Shown: in pieces, positions 49,072-60,800 of the stretch
How positions within the stretch are numbered: the stretch's first letter is position 1
How the letters are laid out: each line of letters begins with the position of its first letter
Origin: Phaeosaccion multiseriatum
Lineage: Eukaryota; Protista; Ochrophyta, other classes
Direction: 5' to 3'
Assembly: GCA_965112735.1 (NCBI GenBank)
Contig: OZ218953.1
Location: forward strand, 3,472,001-3,536,000
Length of the DNA stretch: 64,000 nt
The notes under the pieces: model-generated
Told to the model about the DNA's origin: nothing
The model's input: only the letters and a program-made list of their open reading frames with translations
The model's database searches: none
Made by a program: the position numbers and the translations under genes

Positions 49072-52000
49072 ATGGGGCCAGCGCAAGAACAGAGCCGTAC
49101 GGCGGGGCTGGAGGAAGCCAACGTCGCCGAAATCGTAAGTGGCTCGCTTTCGCTTGACAAGCAGCCAGGCACTGCTCCTGACGTTGACATGATGTATCTT
49201 CTCCTCTCCCAGGCTTCGAAAGACGCTCTGAGTGCAGTTCTGGACGGCGTGGAGGTGCATGTGACGAACACGATTCTGCAGCCTCTGTACGTACCCTTCG
49301 CCGCGAGATGCGCGGTGGAGGAGCTGCAGCTCGTATTGAGCTTTGCTGACGTCTCCAGAGACGATGGTATCATCAACGGCAAAGCAGGGCAGCCAAAGAG
49401 GCAGGAGCCAAAGAGGCAGGAGCCACAGAGCCGGGTCTTGCCAATTCACCCCCAACACAAAAAGTGTGTTCTGCCGTGCGGCCCAGTGGCAGTAAGGGAG
49501 CTGGTGGGGGGGCAGCGGCGCGCGGGGACGGAGGAGCGACAAGGGGAAGAGATGCGGATGTCAGATTCAAGGGACGAGCGGGAGGGGGTGGGAATAGAGA
49601 GCGCAGAGGATGAGGAGGATGCGGGCTTGCAGGAGCCTTTGCCTTGTCCAATTGACCGCTGGGCCAGAGGTGTGGTGTCGAGTCGCAGCAAGCATAGCGC
49701 TTTTGAATCCGATGGAGACAGTTTCAATTGGAGGGGCGGATCAGGAAGCGGACCGCGACGCCCCCCCAGTGAGACGAGCCAGCAGTCCAAGCGCAGCTAC
49801 CTCTCCCAGTCGAGGATGGGTAGGGCATCGGGCATCAGGAGGAAGCAGCAGCAGCAGCAGCAGCAGCTCCAGATAGATTCATGGGAGGTGTTCCCCATCG
49901 CCGGTGAAGAGGGCGACGAAGCAAGCGTGGAGAGCGACTCAGTGGCCGAGCTCAGGCAACTCACCCTCTACGGGAACAAGAGACGAAGGGGGGGGGGCAA
50001 GGGCGACGGCAGCAAGGCCGGAGGCCGGAAGGAGGGGGGCGCGGCGGGAGGAGGAGGTGGGGAGAGGGAGGGGGAGGGAGACAGGGAGGGGGAGGACTCG
50101 CGCATGAGCAGCGAGGACGCGGGGAAGATGGAGGAGCTCACCCTTCGCCTCAACGTAAGTGGTGACGTACAGGCCTGCAAGGGGGATGGATTGTGGGGCG
50201 TGAGGTTGGCTGTGTTGGGTGTAAGGCGCTTGGAAGAGATGGGGGCAGTTGTCGCCAGTTGGGGTCGAGATATATGGGCTCCCTCAGGACTATACCAGTT
50301 TAAGCTATCTCCTTGGTAGCGCGATATACTAAGCCCCAAGGGAAGCGCATCCAGCCAAAGGGCGTTCCCCCAACGAGCCCACCCCCCACCCACCCACGCA
50401 CATGCACACACACGCATACCCCCACACACCAACACGTAGGAGGCCAAGGAGCAGCGCAAAGAGTGGACCCTCGACAAGGACGGGGAGCTCGTGGTCATCA
50501 TGCGCGAAGACGGAGACCGCCTCGCCAACACAAACGTGTTGGCGTCCTTCCAGCTCAAAGAAGGGGAGGATGGCGGCAGCGGCAGCGGCAGCGGCAATGG
50601 CAGAGAGCGGCATACCCTCACGAGTATCAGCCGTAAAGGCAGCAAGCCGGGCACCGTGCGTCTTCTCGAGGCGACTGTCTTGGCGTACGCAGACGAAGAC
50701 CCCAAGCACAACAAGAAGGGAGGCACTAAAGGCACTAGCGCAAGCGGCGCGGGTCAGCGCAGGGGCTCCAGAAGCAGCACTGCGCCAGGAAGTAGCGGCA
50801 GGAAGAGTAGCAGCAGCAGGAGGAGGAGCAGCAGCAGCAGGAGGAGGACGCACGTATGGTTGCGTGGGAAGGCAGGGGCGAACGCGGGCTTTACGTTGGA
50901 GCCCTCCCTGCAGCCGCCGCTCGCCACTGCCATGGGGGCGGCACTGAGGGCCGGCGTTACGCTCATCACGGATGACGGGGCAGGGGATGGGGAGAGCGTA
51001 GTGTCAGGACCGGGGTGGCCAGAGGACCCGCTGAGGCTCAGCATGCAAGCCTATCGCACACGCAAGGAACAGGCTGACGGACTCACGGGAGGGGGCGACA
51101 CACACTCTCTTATGAGTCTGGACGTGGACATGGCGTCGCTGGGGGGTAGGGGCTCCATCCCGGGGAGCAGTGTGTCCATCAAGTCGGCGCAGGTCAGTCA
51201 GTCAGTAAGTCAGTAAGTCACTCAGTAAGTCAGTCAGTGAGTGAGTGAGTCAGTCAGTCAGTCAGTCAGTCAGTCAGTCAGTCAGTGAGTCAGTCAGTCA
51301 ATCACTCAGTCAGTGAGTAAGTGGGATCGTCAGGCAGGGCACGTGTCAATCAACTGAGACTGAAACTGAAACTCCCTCCCGCCCTCCCTCCCTCCCTCCC
51401 TCCCACAACAGACGGCTCCCTCGGAGCTCTTGCATCGACTCTCCTCAGCCAGCAACACTTCTCATCGTCCGTCTCAGCAATCCAGTGGCGGCCTGGGCTT
51501 CGGTCACTTACCGAACAGTGCGGCCTCGAGCATGAGTGACCATGACCCCTTCAAGGGAGCGCGTTACGAGTATTCGAATGATTACTCTCTCGGTGGCCAC
51601 TCCTCACTCGGGCCGGAGTCCCCAACCGACAGCCTCGCCCTCACCGATCGTTCACCCTTGGGTCGGACAGGGGGGACAGCGTCGCCGCTTACCCAAACCA
51701 CCCCCGGGGGCGGCGGCGGCACAGGGGGGGGGGAGTGGGAGGAAGGGGTCGGAGTGGAGGCGGGGAGGAGCGGCGGGAGAGGGGGAGGAGGAGAGGGGGC
51801 GATCCTAAGTAGCAGCAGTCCTTTCAACGATCCTGCCTACGATCCGCACATGGAGTTGCTGAAGGACCCGCAATGGGGCTCTGCGAACTCGGGAGGGGGG
51901 GGGGGGGGCAATCACAAGGGGGCGGATTCGGGGACGGCGGCGGCAGTAGGAGCAGCAGCAGCAGGACTGCCGCATGCTCGAGTGGGCGGCAAAGAGCAGG

Positions 52001-52320
52001 GAGGGAGGGCGCGCAATGCCCGAGACAGGAGCCCGCCTCGGGCGGCGCAGGCGGCAGGAGGAGGAGGAGGAGGAGGAGGAGGGGCGGACGGCACTAATGT
52101 GAGCCTCGAGGAGAGCGTGAAGCGTGCACACGAGCATCTGCAGCAGCACACCCTGAAGCGGGAACTGCCGCACGGAAGCGCCACCGCGGGGGCGGGAAGG
52201 ACGGGTGGAGGGGCGGGGGGAGGGGCGGCAGGAGGCGGAGGGGGAGGCGAAGGGGGCAGGCGTATACCCAGGCGCCCCCCCCGAGAGCCCCCACGCTTGC
52301 CTCCAATCGCTTCACAGTAG
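49072..52320 (+). CDS. Hypothetical low-complexity protein with a C2orf81-like N-terminal block, 3 exons (~49072-50154, ~50440-51192, ~51412-52320)
   Basis: Three long in-phase ORF blocks separated by GT-AG introns. LYVPFAARCAVEELQLVLSFADVSRDDG...EPLPCPIDRWARGVV resembles the PF...RDEG...EP...DSWAxG pattern of C2orf81-family proteins (from memory). Confidence 0.6.
51193..51320 (+). repeat. (GTCA)n/(GTGA)n microsatellite starting at an intron donor
   Basis: CAG|GTCAGTCAGTCAGTAAGTCAG... seen directly. Confidence 0.9.
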
Positions 52321-52795
52321 GTCACTAGCAGCGGGTTGGTTACTCGGCAGTCTCGATTTTAGGAAAGAAAAATGCATACAGTAATGCATACAGTAGGGGT
52401 CACAATGTATAACACGACGCATGAACAGGCCACTTGTGCTTCTGTTCGCGCATGAGCTCATCAAGTGGGGACTTGATCCACCCCACATCTCATCGGGCTT
52501 CCACTCGCGCCCTGCCGTGTTGTCTGTGCCTGCCTGCCTGCCCATATGCCTGCCTGCCCATTGCCAAATCTTCACAACCGTCACCACCCCAGTCCTTCAC
52601 CCACTCGATAGTAGGGTGGAAGGGGAGATGCCTCCTGCCCGTTATCGCCCGCACCCGCCCATCACGACGAGAGCACCAAGACATGATAAGAGCTGCTGCT
52701 GCTGCTCCTGCTACTGTATCACCAACTGCTACTGCTGCCACAGGTCTCCTTGTGGCAGCCGCAGTAAGTGGCCAAGTAACCGTAGCTCTCCCCCC

Positions 52796-55700
52796 TTACC
52801 TCCAGCCGGGCTTGAGGCCACCCCCCCACTCCCCCTCCCCCCTTGCTCCTACTCCCGCTCGCTCCCTCTCTTGCTTGATGGCCGCATACCCTCGAGCCGA
52901 GCGAGACACAAAGGCCGGTGCCCCTTTAAGCGTCACCGGGTTGAAGGTACACCCCTGCATCTCCCTCTGCCTGTCCGCCAGAGCCCCCTGTGCCGCCCGT
53001 TTGTCCCTCTGCCTCTTGCTCTGCTGCAGCCTGGCCATGAGTGTGTGCGGCTCACTCACCACCCGCAGCTTGGAGCGGATCCCCTCAGGGGCCCATTGCG
53101 TGCCCGTAGTGGCCAGAGTGGGGCGGAAGGAGGCCCGCTCATCTTGGAAGCGGTAGTGCGCCGTCTCTCTGAGCCTCTGAGAGGAAGAAGGAGAATAGGT
53201 CGCCCCTTGCTGCCCGCCCCATCCGCTGCCATCCCCCCCCCCCGATCCCAACCGACTGGCCACCCGCCTGAACTCCGTCATCTCCTGCCTCCGTCTGCGC
53301 CTCACAGTGTCCCCTATGGACAGCTCCCCCGTGGTCCGCTTCCGAGTAGACACCATGTATCGGCCGACGCTACTGCTGGCACTGGCCCCCACGCTGCCCC
53401 CCAAGCTGCTGCCATTGGTGCTACTGTTGCAGCTGGCGACGCCCCCACTCCCACCCCTCCAGTTACACGTGGCGGGTTGGAAGGTGCAGCCCTTGAGCTC
53501 CTCCTCTTGCTTGGCGGTCATCGCCCTCCTGCCCCTCACCGCCCTGCGTGCAGACGTGGCCTTGACTCTCTCTAGGAAGGGCATGTTGAGGTGTGCTGAG
53601 GAGGCAGCCCCCCCACCCCGGCGGGCCAGCGCCTTCTCTCGGCGCTTCATGTGGGGTGTCATCTCTGGTTTGAACAGCGGCGTGGCTGTGGCCTGGAGCT
53701 GCTGCAAGCGCTGCTCCTTGCGAATCTCGCTCTGCGCCTGGCGATGCAGGAAGTTGCGCAGGCTGAAACCGCCGCCGCCGGAAGACCCCAGGGTACCGCC
53801 GCCACTTGCACTTCGCCGCCGAGTGAACGTCGTTGTTGCAGGCCTACCGTAGCCTCCACCTCGACTCCGATCTTGCTGCTGCTGCTGCTGCTGCTGTTGG
53901 TAGGACTGGTGCTGCTGGTGCTGCTGCTGGTGCTGCTGCTCCTGCTGTTGGTGATGCCATGGGACTCGTCGGGCCCCGGGGGGGGCAGAGGAGGGTCTCC
54001 GAGGGGGGGCGTCACGATGGCCCGCCCCCCTGCCGCCGCTGCCACTGCTGCTGCGATGCATACCCTGAGGCGCACTGGCGTGGCTGAGGCAGTCATCTTG
54101 CGTGTAGCGCGGACAAGTAGGCTCCTCCCGGCAGGACAGGGGTGAGAAGGACCCCTCCTGCTCCTCCTCCCCCCACTCCCCCTCCTCCTGCCACCCCCCC
54201 TCCTCCCACTCGCCTTGTCCCTCCTGCCCCTCCCCCTCCCCCTCCCCGTACTGAGGCTGAGAATGATGATACTCGCCGCCTCTGCGCGGCCCCGTCGCGA
54301 GGAAGCTGTTGACATGCATCACTGCTACGCCCTCCTGAGAGGCCTCGCCGCACCCGTGCTGAGGATACCCGTGCCCGCCATACCTATCTTGGCGGTGGTG
54401 GTGGTGGTGGTGGTGGTGCTGGGGCTGGTGTTGGAACGCTGTGACAGGCGGAGGCGCATCAAAGCACTCGTTCACGGGCGCCCGCGGGAAGCCCCCTCCC
54501 TGTTCCTGGTCCGCCCAGTCCGCGTGATCGGCCCCCTCCTCCCCCCCTTGCCCTCCTCCCTCCCATCCCCGCCCTCCTCCTTCCCCCCATTCCCCTCCTC
54601 CTCTTCTTCCTCCTCCTCCCCCCCCCCCCCCTCCTTCTCCTCCTGCTGCTGCTGCTGCTGTACGGCCCGGGCTCAGACACGCCGCCCTCTTGGTGAGGCG
54701 TGACGTCACATCTTCCTGCAGATACAGCGCCGCCGTCGCCATGCCTCGCCCCAGGGGGTTGGTCACAGGATGGAAGGTCAGCTGCGGATCGTCGGGGGGC
54801 TCATAGCCCCCTTCTCGACATCGATATCGGCCTCTATATTCGTCCCTGTACCGAGGCCGCACGTCCCTCGGGCGCACTCCCGTGCCGCTGAGCGTCAGTC
54901 CCAGCGTGGCCATGCCGGGCATGGAGGGTTGGAAAGTGCACTCTTCGTCCTCGTCGGACGCGTCACCGGACCCCCCCTGCTGTAACACACACTGCCCACC
55001 GCCGTCTTCTTCCCCACCCATCTGCCCCCCCTGCATGCCCAGCCAGCCGTCTCTCCTCGACGGGTCCGTCTGTGCGCCCCTGCGAAGCCTAGAGCGGCGC
55101 CTCTGTTTGTCCCACTCAGCCTTATTCGCCTCCCGCTGCCACGCCCCGCTCGCGTATAGCCTCTCCGATGCCGACATCCTCACGTCCTTTACATCCCTTC
55201 CTCCGCCATCTGCATCTCCGCTGCTACCACTGACCCTGCGCCGACGGTGACCACTCTGGGCCCCCCCCCCGCCGCCCCGGCCGCCGCCGGAGTAGGTGGT
55301 AGGTTGAAAGGTGCAGTTCGCCATCTCCTTGTAGAGCTTAATCTTCCTCTCCTGCTCCAACACCGCATCCACGCGCCTGCGCCTCTCCTGCCCGCGCTCG
55401 TACATGTCCATCGCGCCTCCCTCCGCCTCCGCCTGCATCTCCATCTCCGTCTCTGTATGGGTATGCATTCCCATCTCACTCTCCTCAAACCCGTCGAAAC
55501 TACCGTCTGTACCTTCCGTACCTTCTGCTGCCATCGCTCCCCCACCCCTCGCGTCCTCCTCTTCCTCATACTCCTCCTGCTGCTGCTGCTGCTGCCTCTG
55601 CCTATGGAGCAATGCCTGCATGGACTCATAACTTCGCATCCCGGGAAGGTCGGGCTGGAAGCTGTGGCACGTCTTCCCGCCCCCGCCCCCAGCAGGGTAA

Positions 55701-57022
55701 GTGCTCGAACGAATGTCGACGTCGACATCAAAGTCGAGATCGATACCCTCTCGGACGCCTGACGCTCTCCGAGCCTGCTGAGCCAGGCCCTGCCCATACG
55801 TTTGTCCCCGTGCCAGTCCCTCCTCCTCCCATTCCTGCTGCTCCTCCTGCCATTTCTGCTGCCCCTCGAGAGCCGGGCCTTCTCGTGCAGAGCTGCTGCT
55901 TCGGTTGTGCTCATGTTCAGGGACAGGGGAGGCGTCGGGGGTGCCTAACGTCAGCATCATGCGCTCCACTGGACCCATCGAAGCACCCCAATCCCCCTCT
56001 CTCCGCTGCTGCTGCTGCTGCTCGCCGTTTCCAAGGTGCTGCCGTGCTTGCTGCTGCGGGCTGCACCCAGAGCCCCTCCGGCTGTGTCCTCCTCCCTTCA
56101 TACCTGGCATCGATCGTCGTCTCAACGGCGGTGCCGATGCTCCTCTTGCCTTCCTGCCTGCCTCTCCCTCTCCCCCGACTCCTCCTCTTCCTCCTCCTCC
56201 TGCTGCTGCCGCATCCTCCGATCTTCTCCTCTGAAGGTGTATATTCTCCATGTGTTTTTTTCTCTTTAGATGGATGAGCTCGGCGACGCTTCCCTTGTGC
56301 AGAAAGCCCTGCCCCTGCCCATGCTGCAGGGTTAGGGCTTGGGCTCGCGAGGAGTGAGATGTGGCCACCTGCTCGGAAGAGCAAGCGGGCGGCAAGGACG
56401 CCCCCCCGGGGGCCGGCTTGGTATCGTCTGGGACATCATCTGACTCGCTGCTTTCCCCCCACTGCTGCTCCTCCTCCTCTCCTGGAAGTGAGGCCCCAGC
56501 TGCCACACGCTCAATGGCCCCACTCTCACTGTTCCGCCGGAAGGCAGGGCGATTCCAGCTCTCACCCCCCTCAATGTCCTCCTCAACCGGGAGCGCAGAC
56601 ACTCGTTGGTTCTCCTTCTCATGCTGTGTACCAGCGCTGCGGGCCTCTGCGGTTACAGCGATGCATCCCTGGCCTGCTACCGTATGGGCGCCGATGTCTG
56701 GCGAGGGCGGTGGCGAAGACGTCGAGTTGCTCGCCGTCGTGGGCGTGGAGGCCGGCTTGTGCTCGAGCAGACTTGCAGATGGGTGAGGTGACGATGCAAG
56801 CGCTGCTGGCTCACTCTCCTCAGCTGCCGTTGTTGCTCCTGCCCCTTCCCTTCTGGTGCCATTCTGAGCCTGACTTCCCTCGCTCTCTGCCTCTGGAGTC
56901 TCTGCGGAGGAAGCCAAGGTAGCCGCGGGGCGTTTTAGCTTGGTCAGGTGACTATAAAGCTGCTGCTGGGAGATTTGCCCAGCCTTCAGCTTCTTTACGA
57001 GCTCGACGACCTCGCTTTGCAT
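52796..57022 (-). CDS. Large intronless disordered protein with dispersed CTFxP repeats (candidate cytoskeletal/microtubule-associated protein)
   Basis: ~1400-codon uninterrupted ORF. Repeats ANCTFQP, EECTFQP, QLTFHP, PLFKP, KGCTFQP, ASFRP and QGCTFNP are each preceded by charged helices. Confidence 0.75.
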   Translation of the reverse strand: MQSEVVELVKKLKAGQISQQQLYSHLTKLKRPAATLASSAETPEAESEGSQAQNGTRREGAGATTAAEESEPAALASSPHPSASLLEHKPASTPTTASNSTSSPPPSPDIGAHTVAGQGCIAVTAEARSAGTQHEKENQRVSALPVEEDIEGGESWNRPAFRRNSESGAIERVAAGASLPGEEEEQQWGESSESDDVPDDTKPAPGGASLPPACSSEQVATSHSSRAQALTLQHGQGQGFLHKGSVAELIHLKRKKHMENIHLQRRRSEDAAAAGGGGRGGVGGEGEAGRKARGASAPPLRRRSMPGMKGGGHSRRGSGCSPQQQARQHLGNGEQQQQQRREGDWGASMGPVERMMLTLGTPDASPVPEHEHNRSSSSAREGPALEGQQKWQEEQQEWEEEGLARGQTYGQGLAQQARRASGVREGIDLDFDVDVDIRSSTYPAGGGGGKTCHSFQPDLPGMRSYESMQALLHRQRQQQQQQEEYEEEEDARGGGAMAAEGTEGTDGSFDGFEESEMGMHTHTETEMEMQAEAEGGAMDMYERGQERRRRVDAVLEQERKIKLYKEMANCTFQPTTYSGGGRGGGGGAQSGHRRRRVSGSSGDADGGGRDVKDVRMSASERLYASGAWQREANKAEWDKQRRRSRLRRGAQTDPSRRDGWLGMQGGQMGGEEDGGGQCVLQQGGSGDASDEDEECTFQPSMPGMATLGLTLSGTGVRPRDVRPRYRDEYRGRYRCREGGYEPPDDPQLTFHPVTNPLGRGMATAALYLQEDVTSRLTKRAACLSPGRTAAAAAGGEGGGGGGGGGRRGGGEWGEGGGRGWEGGGQGGEEGADHADWADQEQGGGFPRAPVNECFDAPPPVTAFQHQPQHHHHHHHHRQDRYGGHGYPQHGCGEASQEGVAVMHVNSFLATGPRRGGEYHHSQPQYGEGEGEGQEGQGEWEEGGWQEEGEWGEEEQEGSFSPLSCREEPTCPRYTQDDCLSHASAPQGMHRSSSGSGGRGAGHRDAPPRRPSSAPPGARRVPWHHQQQEQQHQQQHQQHQSYQQQQQQQQQDRSRGGGYGRPATTTFTRRRSASGGGTLGSSGGGGFSLRNFLHRQAQSEIRKEQRLQQLQATATPLFKPEMTPHMKRREKALARRGGGAASSAHLNMPFLERVKATSARRAVRGRRAMTAKQEEELKGCTFQPATCNWRGGSGGVASCNSSTNGSSLGGSVGASASSSVGRYMVSTRKRTTGELSIGDTVRRRRRQEMTEFRRVASRLGSGGGDGSGWGGQQGATYSPSSSQRLRETAHYRFQDERASFRPTLATTGTQWAPEGIRSKLRVVSEPHTLMARLQQSKRQRDKRAAQGALADRQREMQGCTFNPVTLKGAPAFVSRSARGYAAIKQERERAGVGARGEGEWGGGLKPGWR

Positions 57023-57594
57023 CCTTGAGACTTTCTTGGCTGGGTACTGCAGCAGCAGCTTCCAACTCTGCACCCCCGCTCGCGCCGCGGCCCCTGCCTA
57101 AGATCTTGAGCTCGCTATGGATTAGCCCTTGGCAGCCAACGCCATCTAGCTTCTCTCTTTTACTCCTTTAGGGTGGGAGACAAATAATTTAAAGTCGATG
57201 TGTGCCGTTACACGATTACGCTTCCGGCCTTTAATAATCCTTTTCTTTTCTCATGGCCGCCCGCCCGGTGTGGACTTTAATGACCGGTGAGTGACCCCAT
57301 GCTCCGCATCTCCGCCCAACGGCTGGTGGAACCGCCGATATGGACGCCCGTGGATGGTAACATTGGACATGGGACATGGGACTCAGCACTGATGCTACCC
57401 AATTTTGCGCACTTCTCCACGGCGAAAGGAAGAGCAGTTATGAAGTTTGTGAGTATTCCCGGAGAGAAACGTTGAGGTGAGTCCACACGTCAGTACCGCT
57501 GTGGCATGGCACGGCCCACAACTGCCGATGGACCGTGTGGTGATGTTCGGTCATGTGCGGCATTTCTTCACTCACAACACAAGCCTCCCTTCAA

Positions 57595-57812
57595 ATGGAG
57601 ACCACCTTTCACGCTCGGGCGCTCGCCGTGGTGGAGCAGCATACCAATGAGACGTTCGCACATTGGTACGATGGGAATGGCAGGGAGGTGGAGAAGTACA
57701 CCTTCGGAGACATGTGGGATCAGGTGAGAAAGGGGAAAAGGCGAGCTACTCTGACAATAATCCGACTCCTTGCTACTCCTTCTCTCCCTCCAGCCCTAGG
57801 CACTGTACGCGC

Positions 57813-57848
<36 letters not shown>

Positions 57849-60800
57849 AGACAGATGAGGCCCACCTCACCGCCGTTTGGCCACTTTGTTCCGTTCCCGT
57901 TACACCTTGGTCTCCGTTACACACAGGCGGGCACCATCGCCTGCTCGCTGCGCGACGATTGGGGCGTGCCCAAGGGAGCCATGGTGGTGCTGTGCTACGG
58001 GCCGGGCATGCACTTCTTCGCCGCCTTTCTGGGCTGCCTGAGAGCGGGCGTGGTGGCTGTGATGGTTTACCCACCCTCCCCTCCCCTGACCACGTCCCTG
58101 TCCAAGATGAGCAAGATCGTCGCGGACTGCCAGCCCGTGCTGTGCCTCACCGACTCCAAGATTATGACCATGCGTAGGCTTGACAGGGCTAATCCGATGT
58201 CTGCCTCCCGCAAGCTATGGCCCAAGGACCTCACCTTTAAGGCTACCGATGGAGGGCTACTCGACAGCCTGTGGCCCGCGTCCTCCTCCTCCGCCGCCTC
58301 CGCCTCCGCCTTCTTCGCCTTCTCTCCCCCCTCCTCCGCCACGGCCGCCACCACCTCCTCCTCTTCCTCTGTCTTCTCCTTCTCCTCCTCTTCCACTACC
58401 TGGCCCGGGAAGAGCCTCTACGGATCCCCTGGGTTGGGCCCAGACGATCTGGCCTTCCTGCAGTACACCAGTGGCTCTACTGGCGATCCCAAGGGCGTCA
58501 TGGTGACCTATGGTGCGCTCATGGCTAACGTACACTACATTGCAAACCACCCCTCGGGCATGTGTGGCCTATGCCCCTTCAACAACGAGCAAGGCCTACC
58601 TTCTCCGACACCGAAGAGACCGCAGCAGGGCATTTGCCCCTATCTTGCGAGCCTCGGCAGCAGCTCCGACGCCGAGGTGTTTGATGTACCGCTGGTGGGC
58701 TTCTCCTGGCTGCCGCAGTATCACGTGAGTGAGAGTCATATGTGTGCGTATGGCATGAGTGAGGGGGCCAATGAGGGAGGGACTGCGTGAGTGCGTGAGT
58801 GAGACAGTGAGCGAGCGACTGAGAGAGGCAGGCAGGCAAGCAGGGAGCAGGGAGAAGATGGAGAAGAAGCAAGTACACTACCCAGGCTGTCTCTAGAGTG
58901 TCTTTTAACGCACCCTCTCTCCTCCCTCTCTTCCCCTATAACAGGACATGGGCCTGGTGACTGGTCTGCTCATGCCCTTCCTCACTGGCATGACCATGCA
59001 CTACATGTCCCCCGTCAGCTTCATCAAGCGGCCCCTGCTCTGGCTGGAGCTCATGTCTCGGCACCGCGTGGAGTGGTCTGTCGCCCCCGACTTTGCCTAC
59101 GCCCTCTGCGCCCGGTACATGGCCAAATTGCGTAGTGCGGGCCGGCAGCCCCCCCGGGAAGCTCTGGACCTGTCCCGCCTTTTGAGCCTGCAAAGCGCGG
59201 CAGAGCCCATCCGCAGAGAGACTATCGACAGTTTCGAGAAGGAATTCAAGCCCTACGCCCTACCCGATCGGTCAGTCTGCCGGTCTGCCCGCTCATATGC
59301 CTCCATCTCCCTCCCTCCCTCCCTTCCTCCCTCCCCGCCTTAACCCCCCCCCCTTCCTCTTGTGCTGGAACAGATGGTTCTCTGCCGGCTACGGTCTGGC
59401 CGAGCACGTTGTCCTTGGTGAGTTCCGTAGCTTGCAATACAATAGCACAATTCTTTCCTTGTACCCATCCACGTGCGAGGCCTGCGCTGACTCTTCCGTC
59501 TCTCTGCCTCTTGGTCTCTCTTGCCCCCCCTCCCCTCCCCTCCCCTCCCCTCCCCCCCTCAGGCTGCTGGACAGACTCCAGCCAAGCTTCAGTCTCAAGG
59601 CCCGAGCTCATGAGCGTGGGCTGCCCGGCCAACCTCACGGACTTCATGGACATCCGCATCGTCGACCCGGAAACCAAAGCGGAGGTGAGCGCGGAGGGCA
59701 TCACGGGCGAGATCTGGCTCTCGTCGCCCTCCGTGGCCAAGGGTTACCTCAACCGGCCGCAGCAGTCGGAGGAAACCTTTCGCGCTTGCATCAGTCAGTC
59801 TCCGCACACACTGACAGCGGCAACCGCAGCGACGGCGGCAGGAGCGGCAGCAACAGCAACAGCAACTACAGGACGGAGTGTTCGCATTGTGGAGCTGTTC
59901 TCCGCAAGTGACCGAAGCGACAGCGACGAGGACGAGGAGGACGAGGAGACAGAGATCGAGGGGTCCAAGCTCGACCGCGGCGGCGATGGCAGCGGCAGCG
60001 CCAGCATCTGCACCATCAGGACCATGAGCAACAGCAGGAGCAGCAGCTGCAGCATCGTGCCCACCGCGGAGTCCTCCTCCTCGCCGCCAGCCACATATTT
60101 GCGCACCGGAGACCTCGGCTTCTTGGAGAATGGACTGCTCTTTGTGTGCGGCCGCATCAAGGACCTCATCATCTTCAACGGGGTCAACCACTACCCGCAG
60201 GACGTCGAGTTTGCCGTGCAAGAGGCCTCTCCCACCATTCGGCAGGGGTGCGTGGCCGCCTTCTCCTCCGACGAGACGCGAGGAGACGGCGTGGTGGAGG
60301 TGGTGTTCGAAATTCGCAAGGAGCACGAGGGAGCTGGCGCCCAGGCTGTCAAGGCGGCACAAGCGGCGGTGCGTGCGGCCGGCCTAAACCCCGGCTGGGT
60401 GGTGGCCATCAAGCAGAAGACCATCCCCAAGACTACGAGCGGCAAAATCCGACGGCGGGCTACCCGAGAGGCGCTTCACGCCGGCGAGTTGCACGTGGTG
60501 AGCGAGGCGCGAAGAGGCAAACATGCCGCTGCCAGTGTCAGTGCTAGTGCTGCGGATGGTGAGGCCCTCGCCAGAGGCCGTCGATCAGGGCCACCACAGG
60601 CGCAGGAGGACTTGTTCCCGTGCCACCACAGCAGCGGCCTTGTGTCGAGGCTCGTGTCGGGCCCAATGACGAGCCCTGTCTTCCCCGCCAAGAGCGGCCG
60701 AGGCTCGCGGAGCAGTGCCCTGCCCCCTCCTTGTCGGGAGGCACGACAGATGCTCCTCCTCCGTGGTGTGCTGCAGCTCGAGAGAGCGGTGCTCTTCCCC

